Source of the DNA: an uncultured Desulfatitalea sp.
GTDB taxonomy: Bacteria; Desulfobacterota; Desulfobacteria; Desulfobacterales; Desulfosarcinaceae
Direction of reading: 5' to 3'
Length of the DNA stretch: 64,000 bases
NCBI GenBank assembly: GCA_963668675.2
Contig: CAXXMB010000001.1
Coordinates: 1,344,001-1,408,000 of the forward strand
Shown here in pieces: positions 19,320 to 27,081 of the stretch. Position numbers and translations under genes: made by a program. Numbering within the stretch: the first letter of the stretch is position 1; every line of letters begins with the position of its first letter. Below the pieces are notes generated by a model. It saw only the letters and a program-made list of their open reading frames with translations. It searched no databases and was not told the DNA's origin.

Positions 19320-19892
19320 ATGATCTCTCGTTTGAAATTACCGAAATTTGTAACGAAAGAGAACGTAATAATTGCTGCAAAAGCAGTTGCTGTGATATGC
19401 GCATTTTTAGCTTTTGCATTAAGTATGCGGCAAAAGGAGTTTGATAGGTTTAGTCAAGTTAAGCCCTTGTTTGAAATCGTACAATCTAAACATTCAACGG
19501 AATTTGGCCTGGTTAATCATGGAGGTTTGGTCTATTTTGCAGGGTGTGAAAACAGTGGCGCCGGGAAAGCCCTCTTAAGAACACCTCGTCAATATTCTAC
19601 TTTGGCAAGTGATATAGTTACTTTCAATTTTTCTCAGCCTATTAAGGATCAAGAATCTATTGTGCTGTACTATCGGGATATTGATCTAAATACCTACAAA
19701 GTGAAAGTGACAGTTGAAGGCAGCGGTTTTTACATTGATGGTGTGCCTCTGGCATATCGTTCTAATCTCTTTTGTTCAATGTCGAGAAAGTGGATAGATT
19801 GTATTGTTTCAACTTTATTTCCGAAAGATTGGTTTGAAAAAGGTAAAGCTCCAAGTGACGAAAATCTTATTATCAAATTCCAGGAAATTTAG
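19320..19892 (+). CDS. Cassette 2: hypothetical protein with N-terminal TM helix
   Basis: GGGAG RBS; hydrophobic AVAVICAFLAFALS. Confidence 0.75.
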   Translation: MISRLKLPKFVTKENVIIAAKAVAVICAFLAFALSMRQKEFDRFSQVKPLFEIVQSKHSTEFGLVNHGGLVYFAGCENSGAGKALLRTPRQYSTLASDIVTFNFSQPIKDQESIVLYYRDIDLNTYKVKVTVEGSGFYIDGVPLAYRSNLFCSMSRKWIDCIVSTLFPKDWFEKGKAPSDENLIIKFQEI

Positions 19893-19893
19893 A

Positions 19894-19966
19894 TCATAAC
19901 CTTCGCTTTAAGCGGGACTTTTGCTACGCTGCCGCTACGCAAAAGCCCCTTAAGCGTTCGTTGGGT
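19894..19966 (+). repeat. attC site 2
   Basis: TCATAAC...CGCTT[T]AAG[C]GGG[A]CTTTTGC / GCAAAAGCCCCTTAAGCG...GTTGGGT. Confidence 0.92.
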
Positions 19967-19979
19967 GTGAAGGATAAAT

Positions 19980-20822
19980 ATGAAAAATATTCCAATGATA
20001 ATCGATGGCCCTAACTATATTAATAGAGTCATTGAACTTGAAATTGATCCGGTTCATATCTCACGCCAATTAAGTCTTGAAGGCCTAAGAGAAGTCGTAA
20101 ATGAGAAGTTGAAACAATATGAGTCGCTATCAGGAAAATCTGAATCTGTTGAATTGATTTGTTCGAAAAAACGACTTGGACCTCAAAAAAACAAATTTTC
20201 GGAAGATGAGCAATCATTGTTGATAGATAGGCTTCGAGCCGAAACTGGAGTATATGTTGATGTGATTGATATCCCTGGTACATCCGAAAAGGGAATCGAT
20301 ATGACCGTTTCTGGAAAAATCGAGGACTATGCCAACGATACAGATGCGATTATTCTTGTATCAGCAGACCGTGACTTTATTCCAACAATAAAAAAACTAA
20401 GACACAAAGTGAAAATATTTTTGATCGCTTTAAATGATAATTATCCTATCGAATTACAAAATGAAGGTTATGCCACAATCTTTTTGCATAAAGATTACCG
20501 TGGGCTATTCAAATATCATTATCCAAGATTTCATATCAATGATTTAACAGAACAAAATTTTGCTGAACTCTTTTCAGAGGCAGACGATAGAGTCCACAAT
20601 CAAGTCAGGGTGACCAATGACGGATATATTCACATTTCTAAAACTGTAGGGGCGGTGGATTTATTTGACACAAAATTCCAATGGGAAACATTTGTGGCGT
20701 ATAATGGATACGTTGGGCCAAAGGCTGGAAGCGATAGCGAATATATAAAAAGCGAGTTGAAACAAATTAAAATCGCTTGGGAGCGTGGTGTAAAAGGATA
20801 CATTGATTATTCTTTTACATGA
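19980..20822 (+). CDS. Cassette 3: NYN (PIN-like, LabA/DUF88) nuclease with extra C-terminal domain
   Basis: IIDGPNY, EKGIDM, LVSADRDF acidic catalytic motifs. Confidence 0.85.
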   Translation: MKNIPMIIDGPNYINRVIELEIDPVHISRQLSLEGLREVVNEKLKQYESLSGKSESVELICSKKRLGPQKNKFSEDEQSLLIDRLRAETGVYVDVIDIPGTSEKGIDMTVSGKIEDYANDTDAIILVSADRDFIPTIKKLRHKVKIFLIALNDNYPIELQNEGYATIFLHKDYRGLFKYHYPRFHINDLTEQNFAELFSEADDRVHNQVRVTNDGYIHISKTVGAVDLFDTKFQWETFVAYNGYVGPKAGSDSEYIKSELKQIKIAWERGVKGYIDYSFT

Positions 20823-20839
20823 ATAGTTGATAAGATATC

Positions 20840-20912
20840 ACCCAACCAATGCTTTGAGTTGGACTTTTGCTACTCTGCCGCTCCGCAAAAGCCGCTCAAG
20901 CAGGCGTTCGCC
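20840..20912 (+). repeat. attC site 3
   Basis: ACCCAAC...TGCTT[T]GAG[T]TGG[A]CTTTTGC / GCAAAAGCCGCTCAAGCA...GTTCGCC. Confidence 0.92.
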
Positions 20913-20946
20913 TATACAAGAGATTTAAGCAAAATGAGGGAAAAAT

Positions 20947-22743
20947 ATGACTGATGCAAAAGTCCAGCGTGAACTTTCAATACGAAGTGAATCTGTCCAG
21001 CGTGTATTCAATTTTCATATAAATGATCTTTTTTATGTAAATCGGCGCTACCAACGTAAACTCATTTGGACTGAAGATGAAAAAAGACAATTCATTGACT
21101 CAATTGTGCAAGGATACCCTGTACCTATAATTCTGCTTGCAGAGGCAGAAATTGAAGGGAAAAGGGCGTTTGAGATAATTGACGGAATGCAGAGGTTGAA
21201 TGCCATCACAGCATTTATTGAAGGTGAATTTTCCTTTGATGGCCGTTTTTTTGACCTAAATACAATGGTTGAATCAAAATCGCTACTCGATAATGGAAAA
21301 CTTCATCAAAAAGAACCTGTTCTTGCTCGCGCTATATGTGAATCAGTAGCAAGTTACATTTTGCCACTTTCAGTTTATTCCTTTGATGACGCAAGAAAAG
21401 TCGACGATATTTTTCGTAGAATCAATGCTGGAGGGAAACATCTTTCAAGGCAGGAACTAAGGGCGGCGGGATCTTTGCGCACATTTGCAGATATAGTCAG
21501 AGAACTAAGCGCAGAAATAAGAACTGATGTAAGCCAGAGTACCATCCTCCCCCTTTATATGATGAGAGAGATTAGCATTACGGATAGCACCTTGCCATAT
21601 GGGATACCAGTCAGTTCATTATTTTGGGTTAACAATAGTATAATAACAAAAGAAATGATTAGAGAGTCACGAGATGAAGAAATTGTTTCTGACATAGTTG
21701 CATCTATTGTTCTTGATGAATACCCAGCATCAAGTTCGATTATACTAGACGAATATTATGGGCTCAGAGAGAGTGAAAAAACTGGTGCTGTAGATAATGC
21801 GATGCAAAAAAGACAAATAGACAGAATTAGATTTGAATTTCTACAGGTTTATGATGAAATTCGTACAATTCTCGAAAACTCTTCGAAATCTTTCCAGCAA
21901 TTAATTTTTCGAGATCCAGCCCAAAGGCTTCCACGGTATTTTGAAGTTTTGTTTCTCGCAGTTCATAATCTGATGTTTATTGAAAACAAACTTGTGGCTG
22001 ACTATTCTGGGTTAATAAAAGCTCTTGAGGGTATCGCACAGCATATTAGGATTACAGCGGGTGGCAATTGGAGTTCAAAAAACAAGACTGATAATGTCAA
22101 TGCCGTTAAAGGAATTATATCGCCATATTTTCAACCAGCCGCAATTGATGACCCTGGTTCTCAAAAGTGGGTAACAGAGTTTGAAACTATCCTAATGCAG
22201 TCTCGAACAGAGCAGAATTTATATGATTTCAAACAGGGTTTTTTAAGTTTGGATGGAAACAATTTATTGAACGAAGGTTTAATTAAAAAAATTGTAAAAA
22301 CCTTAACGGCTATGGTTAACAAATCAGCTGTTTCCGTCGGATACGTTTGCGTTGGCATTCCTGACAAAGAAGAGGATGTTTCTAGAATTAAAGCTCTATT
22401 TTCCATCACGCCATTTGTTTTTCGTAACTTCACTATTACTGGTGTTGGGCATGAACCGGCTATTCTTGGGCTTTCAACTGATGAATATTTTAAAAAAATA
22501 ATAGATTCTATAAAATCAGAACCCATACAAGACGAGTACAAGGATACCATTTGCAAGAATGTAAGGCTTATAAAATATTACGATAAAGACATTCTGTTGT
22601 TAAAAATTTTATCTGTTGGCATACCAGCAATATACGATGGTAAATATTACACTCGGCATGGTTCTCATCTTCAAGAAATACCACCGGAAAGCTATCCACA
22701 GTTTTTCGTTGCATATCAGAAATCGGGCGAACAAAAGCATTAA
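20947..22743 (+). CDS. Cassette 4: DUF262 (ParB-like/GmrS) + Schlafen AlbA_2 fusion
   Basis: YQRKLIW, IIDGMQRLNA, IFRRINAGGKHLSRQE; C-terminal EQNLYDFKQG...TLTAMVN...GYVCVGIPD...YYTRHGS. Confidence 0.8.
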   Translation: MTDAKVQRELSIRSESVQRVFNFHINDLFYVNRRYQRKLIWTEDEKRQFIDSIVQGYPVPIILLAEAEIEGKRAFEIIDGMQRLNAITAFIEGEFSFDGRFFDLNTMVESKSLLDNGKLHQKEPVLARAICESVASYILPLSVYSFDDARKVDDIFRRINAGGKHLSRQELRAAGSLRTFADIVRELSAEIRTDVSQSTILPLYMMREISITDSTLPYGIPVSSLFWVNNSIITKEMIRESRDEEIVSDIVASIVLDEYPASSSIILDEYYGLRESEKTGAVDNAMQKRQIDRIRFEFLQVYDEIRTILENSSKSFQQLIFRDPAQRLPRYFEVLFLAVHNLMFIENKLVADYSGLIKALEGIAQHIRITAGGNWSSKNKTDNVNAVKGIISPYFQPAAIDDPGSQKWVTEFETILMQSRTEQNLYDFKQGFLSLDGNNLLNEGLIKKIVKTLTAMVNKSAVSVGYVCVGIPDKEEDVSRIKALFSITPFVFRNFTITGVGHEPAILGLSTDEYFKKIIDSIKSEPIQDEYKDTICKNVRLIKYYDKDILLLKILSVGIPAIYDGKYYTRHGSHLQEIPPESYPQFFVAYQKSGEQKH

Positions 22744-22787
22744 GAGCGACGGCAAAAAGCCGCCGCGCCTTATGCTTGGCGTTGGCA
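22726..22787 (+). repeat. attC site 4 (overlaps stop codon of cassette 4 gene)
   Basis: GGCGAAC...AAGCAT[T]AAG..GCG.CGGC-AAAAA-GCCGCCGCGCCTTATGCTT...GTTGGCA. Confidence 0.88.
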
Positions 22788-22827
22788 GCTAATGAACATA
22801 AAAGTGCGAATTAACTAAGATATTAAC

Positions 22828-23691
22828 ATGATAAATCGGTATCAAGTAATCGGCATTGGAATAATTGCAGTTGGTAGTCTCACTGTTCTCTATTTTCAAA
22901 AAATTCTTGGGACCATTACCATAGCAATTGGGACTTTTGTACTAACATATGGTGGAGCTATACTGAGCAAAAAGCAGGGAGACATAACACTATCAGAAAT
23001 AGATGAAAGACTTGGCGATTTTGAACAAAAACTTGCTAATGCTCATAATATACTAGCGACGGCGGAAAGAGAAAAGACGATTACCAAAATTAAAAATGAA
23101 TATATTGAATGGGCAAGGAACTTCACCTCTAAAAAACATGAAATAGAACTTGCTCAAAAAAGAAAGGAAATTGCTGAAGAGGAGCATATCTTAAATGAAT
23201 CCAAGAAGGTTCGACCGTACTATAAGTTTTTTATTGATACCCTTTGTAGCTTTTTAGAGGCTCATAATGCCTCACACCCACCAAAAATTATAAAGTTTGA
23301 TACCATTAGAAAATTAGATAGCAAGTTTTTTATATCAGACTCTGAACAATCCAATAGAGCTAATTCACCGTATGAAGCCATAGTGGAGTTCAACAAGGAC
23401 ACCAAATGGAGAATTTTTATTGCAAATCACCCTCACTATGTTCAGTTCGTAGGAGGCCCCCAACTTAATGTTTCTCAAATTCCTCATAATACTGAAGTCA
23501 AAAATATTGATGAGCACAAGTTCATCTTTGGTATTGTATTCAATTCAGATAAGGAACTAATCTTAGTCAAAAGTAATGTGGCGTACCTTACAAAAACGCT
23601 GAAAGAGACGTATTCATTAAAGGACTACGAAACACAAGTAATAAACATTGTTAAGGTGTTGCTGGAGTTTCAATTGTCATTAGTCGAATAG
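22828..23691 (+). CDS. Cassette 5: hypothetical protein, two N-terminal TM helices + coiled coil
   Basis: Hydrophobic residues ~7-47 followed by a charged heptad region. Confidence 0.75.
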   Translation: MINRYQVIGIGIIAVGSLTVLYFQKILGTITIAIGTFVLTYGGAILSKKQGDITLSEIDERLGDFEQKLANAHNILATAEREKTITKIKNEYIEWARNFTSKKHEIELAQKRKEIAEEEHILNESKKVRPYYKFFIDTLCSFLEAHNASHPPKIIKFDTIRKLDSKFFISDSEQSNRANSPYEAIVEFNKDTKWRIFIANHPHYVQFVGGPQLNVSQIPHNTEVKNIDEHKFIFGIVFNSDKELILVKSNVAYLTKTLKETYSLKDYETQVINIVKVLLEFQLSLVE

Positions 23692-23698
23692 AGACATT

Positions 23699-23760
23699 TG
23701 CCAACCAAGGCATTCATTAGATCGTAAAAAGCATGCACCCACTAATGCCCGTCGTTAGCG
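23699..23760 (+). repeat. attC site 5 (inner stem degenerate)
   Basis: TGCCAAC..GGCATT[C]A / TAATGCC..GTTAGCG; inner pairing weak. Confidence 0.75.
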
Positions 23761-23770
23761 GAGAATTCCT

Positions 23771-24145
23771 ATGAGTTTTAAAATAACAATTTCTGAAGAT
23801 GCTAAATATATCATTGGGAAAGTGGATGGACAGTTGACGAGAGAGATGGCTCGGCAATTGGCGAAAGAGTATGTCAAGCTTATTAAATCTAAAGGTATTA
23901 AGCGGATATTGAATGATGTTAGTGATGTACCGAATGAAATGGGCATTTTGAAGGCATATGAGTATGCTTATACGGACGCCCAAAATCTTGGTCTTCCACG
24001 CGATATTCGCGCGGCAATTTTAGCTGATAGAGGTGACGTTTCACATGAATTTCATGAGACTGTAGCTAACAATGCCGGATATTATGTAAAAGTATTCTTT
24101 TCATTCGACGAGGCAGTTGAGTGGCTTTTAAAAGATATTCACTAA
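23771..24145 (+). CDS. Cassette 6: STAS/SEC14 (SpoIIAA-like) small protein
   Basis: GGAG RBS; KRILNDV, RAAIL, KVFFSFDEAVEWL motifs. Confidence 0.7.
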   Translation: MSFKITISEDAKYIIGKVDGQLTREMARQLAKEYVKLIKSKGIKRILNDVSDVPNEMGILKAYEYAYTDAQNLGLPRDIRAAILADRGDVSHEFHETVANNAGYYVKVFFSFDEAVEWLLKDIH

Positions 24146-24163
24146 TAATTAGTTACAGTGGAC
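24140..24163 (+). repeat. Truncated/degenerate attC 6 (left half only)
   Basis: CACTAAT-AATTA-GTTACAGTGGAC; expected core CGCTAAC; no right arm found. Confidence 0.55.
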
Positions 24164-24288
24164 ACTATACGCATCTTTAAATCACATTTTTAGCGCGGTT
24201 TTAATACCAAGAGAATTCTTTGATGGGTACTTAAGATATAGAGCTACACAATAATTCCTACCAGCAAAAATTATTACTTGACCATTTT

Positions 24289-24837
24289 TCAAGTCCCGGT
24301 GCGGCGCTCAAGCCCACTCCGGCGCTCGATCTCAGGTTCAATGTGTTTCTGGCGCCGATCTCCCTGCCGGCGATCTCGACGCATCAGGGCCGCAATGGTT
24401 TTTTTCATCTCCGAAAGTTCACTCTCCATGTTATCGAGCCGATTCTGGGTCACGATAGCCTGATGAAACGCACGGATACTAGCTTCTAGAACACCTGCAT
24501 AACCTGTATCAGATCCCAGCACCTTGCTGGTCATCTCTATAAGGGCATCTGTTTTGATTTTTTCGTGAGACTGGTCAGTTTTTATAGCTGCAGTGTCACC
24601 ATAATTGTCTGCAGGCAACTCCAAGATTTCTAAAACCGCCCCTGGGCCGAAATACTCTCCAATAGCTTTTATGTGGAATACATTGACGGGCTTGGGTTTG
24701 TCCCTTTTGAGATCACTGAATGCACTTGGTTTTTTTCCTACTAAATCAGCAAGTTTCTTTTGAACACCATGCGGCTTCATATGCTTTATTATTTTTTGGC
24801 GCATATGATCCATGAATTTTTTTTCGTCTATAGCCAT
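24289..24837 (-). CDS. Prophage repressor (XRE-type HTH) with Arg-rich C-terminal tail; no S24 peptidase domain seen
   Basis: VQKKLADLVGKKPSAFSDL HTH; divergent from cro-like gene. Confidence 0.65.
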   Translation of the reverse strand: MAIDEKKFMDHMRQKIIKHMKPHGVQKKLADLVGKKPSAFSDLKRDKPKPVNVFHIKAIGEYFGPGAVLEILELPADNYGDTAAIKTDQSHEKIKTDALIEMTSKVLGSDTGYAGVLEASIRAFHQAIVTQNRLDNMESELSEMKKTIAALMRRDRRQGDRRQKHIEPEIERRSGLERRTGT

Positions 24838-24873
24838 TTTTTTCCTTGACTAAAGTTGTCTATAGCGTATCCT
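24826..24873 (+). promoter_or_regulatory. Candidate lytic promoter and operators of the genetic switch
   Basis: TTGACT(24846)-16 bp-TATCCT(24868); direct repeat GTCTATAGC at 24826 and 24858. Confidence 0.5.
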
Positions 24874-25027
24874 CTGTTCCAGAAGCGGCACAAATGGGAC
24901 TTCAGCCGGAGACGGTGCAAAAACAATGCAAATATATTTTCAGTTGATCAGCCTAACTTGTCTGGGAAAGTCGGCAAAACTCGCCTGCTCAACTGAAACC
25001 GCGCCGATTAAGTAGCTGGAGGCCTTT

Positions 25028-25123
25028 ATGTATCAAACTGGGTGGAACCAAATAGAAGCGATCAAGCCAGAATATCGGCTTCATCGGGAAGCAACTCCGT
25101 CCACTATTAATTACACAGGCTAA
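25028..25123 (+). CDS. Putative 31-aa leader ORF
   Basis: GGAGG RBS; stop 4 nt before the cro-like ATG. Confidence 0.35.
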   Translation: MYQTGWNQIEAIKPEYRLHREATPSTINYTG

Positions 25124-25127
25124 CAAA

Positions 25128-25424
25128 ATGTCACACATGAGACAAGATGAAAAAGTCCTCGCAGCGGTCCGAAGCCTGAAACAGATCGGCTACGACCTGG
25201 TGACCATCCGAAAGACTTTGCCGGCCCTGACCGGGATCACCCATCCCGTTGCGGCCGAGCTGATCGGCGTGTCGCGTCCAGGCGTCACCAAAACCATGAA
25301 CGCCGAACGGTTCCGGCGCGATATGCAGGAAAAGCTTGCCGAGGTATACGGCCTGCCGGTGGACGAGATTTTCGAGGACAAGTACGTGCACGACCGGAGA
25401 AATGGCGCCGCGGGCTGCAACTGA
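25128..25424 (+). CDS. Cro/Ner-like HTH regulator
   Basis: ITHPVAAELIGVSRPGVTKTM...KLAEVYGLPVDEIF. Confidence 0.75.
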   Translation: MSHMRQDEKVLAAVRSLKQIGYDLVTIRKTLPALTGITHPVAAELIGVSRPGVTKTMNAERFRRDMQEKLAEVYGLPVDEIFEDKYVHDRRNGAAGCN

Positions 25425-25518
25425 GCTTTTCATGTAGGTAATCTGTTTACCGGGGGTTCAAGGCGCTGAAAAGTTCCGAATTCGGCGCGAAACGAACCCC
25501 ATGCCAGAAGGGGATGAC

Positions 25519-26001
25519 ATGCGGTACCGGTACCAATACCAGAGCCATCAGATCTTTCACATCGCCAGAAAGGCGCTCTCCGATGGCCAGATGCACGAAA
25601 TTTTCGGGCGCACGACCCGATACATGCAGATGTGGGCCGCGGATCCGCGCCACTGCGAGGTGACGCGGCGAAACGTCCTCGACCAGGTGGCGCTGTTTCT
25701 CGACGCCCTGGACGATCACGGCCGCAGGGACGTGGCCCATGCGGCCCTGGACCTTCTGGCCGCGCCTCTTGGCTTTGCGGTGGTGGAAAAGGATAAAACC
25801 ACCGTTTCGGACAAGGGCTGCCCGGATCTGGAGCTGGCGGACCTGGCCGTGGCCATCGGCGAGCTGGGCGCCCGGATCCGCGAAGCGCGAAAGGACGGCC
25901 GCCTGGAAACGACCGAGATTATCCGCATCCGCAAAGCCCATGATGCCGCCAGGCAAGAGCTCGACCAGCTCCTTGACGCCGGCACCCGGAGGCAGCCGTG
26001 A
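25519..26001 (+). CDS. Phage CII-like (CP76-type) regulatory protein
   Basis: Position after cro; C-terminal GEL...IREARKDGRLETTE motif. Confidence 0.6.
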   Translation: MRYRYQYQSHQIFHIARKALSDGQMHEIFGRTTRYMQMWAADPRHCEVTRRNVLDQVALFLDALDDHGRRDVAHAALDLLAAPLGFAVVEKDKTTVSDKGCPDLELADLAVAIGELGARIREARKDGRLETTEIIRIRKAHDAARQELDQLLDAGTRRQP

Positions 26002-26192
26002 ACACCCCGGTGCTGTGCACGTTGTACCGCCTCGGTATGGGCAAGGCCGGCATACTGGCTGAAAAGTACATGACCGAGGGCGAGCGCCGCGCCCGTATCG
26101 CCCGACTGAGAAGCTATGGCTTGTACGACGTGCTTTGGGTGCCGCCAAGCTCGCTCACGACCTTACTGGAGGCTCACGATGAAAAGGCTTGA
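25998..26192 (+). CDS. Hypothetical phage protein
   Basis: GGAGG RBS, GTGA overlap. Confidence 0.45.
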   Translation: MNTPVLCTLYRLGMGKAGILAEKYMTEGERRARIARLRSYGLYDVLWVPPSSLTTLLEAHDEKA

Positions 26193-26430
26193 AGCTTTAA
26201 TCCTCCAGGTCCTGGCCCTCGCACTCATCTGCATGGGGATTGCCGTCACGCTGTTCACCATCGGTGATCTGCCGCCATATGCCACGCGCAACCTGGCCTC
26301 CCTCTCCTGCTTTACCGTTGTTGCATCTGCGCCCGGGCCCGAGGCGCCAATATCGGCCCCTCCTTCACCCCCGCCCGGGCAGGCTTCCACGGCTGCCCGG
26401 GCCCACTCTTTCAAGGAGGCCGTGCGATGA
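26179..26430 (+). CDS. Small membrane protein with Pro-rich tail
   Basis: GGAGG RBS; N-terminal TM helix. Confidence 0.5.
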   Translation: MKRLEALILQVLALALICMGIAVTLFTIGDLPPYATRNLASLSCFTVVASAPGPEAPISAPPSPPPGQASTAARAHSFKEAVR

Positions 26431-26636
26431 GGCAGTTTCTATTTCCCGAAGAGGTGGCCGAGTTGGCCCGGCGCCGGGGACTGCACGCGGGCTTTTGCGC
26501 GGCGTGCGTGGATGCCGGATCGCGCTGGTGCCGGCAGATGTGTGATCTTCGGCCGGATGTGCCGCCCCGCTGCCCGGCCAGGTTGAAGGCAGCCATCGCA
26601 CCCCCTGGTGCGAAAGGATCTCGCACATGGACGTAA
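26427..26636 (+). CDS. Small Cys-rich phage protein
   Basis: AGGAGG RBS, ATGA overlap; CAAC, CRQMC. Confidence 0.5.
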   Translation: MRQFLFPEEVAELARRRGLHAGFCAACVDAGSRWCRQMCDLRPDVPPRCPARLKAAIAPPGAKGSRTWT

Positions 26637-26818
26637 AAACGACAAAATTCTACGGCGAGCTGCAGGGAGAGACCGATCTGTGCTGGTACGTGTTCGACGG
26701 CATCCACACCCTGAAAATACCCAAATCCCAGGTGGTGAACCTGCGGATGCTGCCTAACAACGTGGACTGTGAAATGGAGATCCCCACATGGCTGGCAAGA
26801 AAAAAAGGCATCATCTGA
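26627..26818 (+). CDS. Small phage protein (IPKSQ...IPTWLAR family)
   Basis: AAGGA RBS; overlapping chain of early genes. Confidence 0.65.
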   Translation: MDVKTTKFYGELQGETDLCWYVFDGIHTLKIPKSQVVNLRMLPNNVDCEMEIPTWLARKKGII

Positions 26819-27081
26819 ACATCCACTATTGTGTCGCAGCGATCGAGATCGTCGACATTGTCGACACAACGGAAAATTCAATCAAGGCGGTAGTAAAGCG
26901 AACCGGCAAGACGGCTAACTTTCCAAGAAGCCTTACTCAATTTCATGGCCCTTTGGCTATCATTCCGGAGTGGCTTGCAAGACAAATTCTTTGCCCGGCG
27001 CCGGAAGGCTGCGATCCTGGGGCTGACGCAGTCGCCGATGCCGCCGGCGTCGGGCAAACTAAAAAGTTGGCGTCACATTGA
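26788..27081 (+). CDS. Small phage protein, distant paralog of previous (start uncertain)
   Basis: FPRS...IPEWLAR motif. Confidence 0.5.
   Translation: MAGKKKRHHLNIHYCVAAIEIVDIVDTTENSIKAVVKRTGKTANFPRSLTQFHGPLAIIPEWLARQILCPAPEGCDPGADAVADAAGVGQTKKLASH

Larger units (their letters stand above)
17702..24165 (+). mobile_element. Integron gene-cassette array (6 cassettes, no intI in window; CALIN-like with attI-like site)
   Basis: Six co-oriented AT-rich ORFs separated by 61-73 bp AAC...GTT imperfect palindromes with unpaired bases. Confidence 0.93.

Noticed and set aside
17716..19892. Gabija or PARIS two-gene system
   Set aside because: The adjacent gene is a TM protein in a separate cassette; no UvrD helicase or separate AriB-like partner.
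19239..23760. Intergenic hairpins as plain terminators, REP elements or CRISPR repeats
   Set aside because: No U-tracts, spacing is gene-sized, and the AAC/GTT cores match per cassette, which fits attC.
24880..25000. c-di-GMP riboswitch in the cro leader
   Set aside because: Only scattered GCAAA/GGGAC words; the conserved architecture could not be matched by eye.
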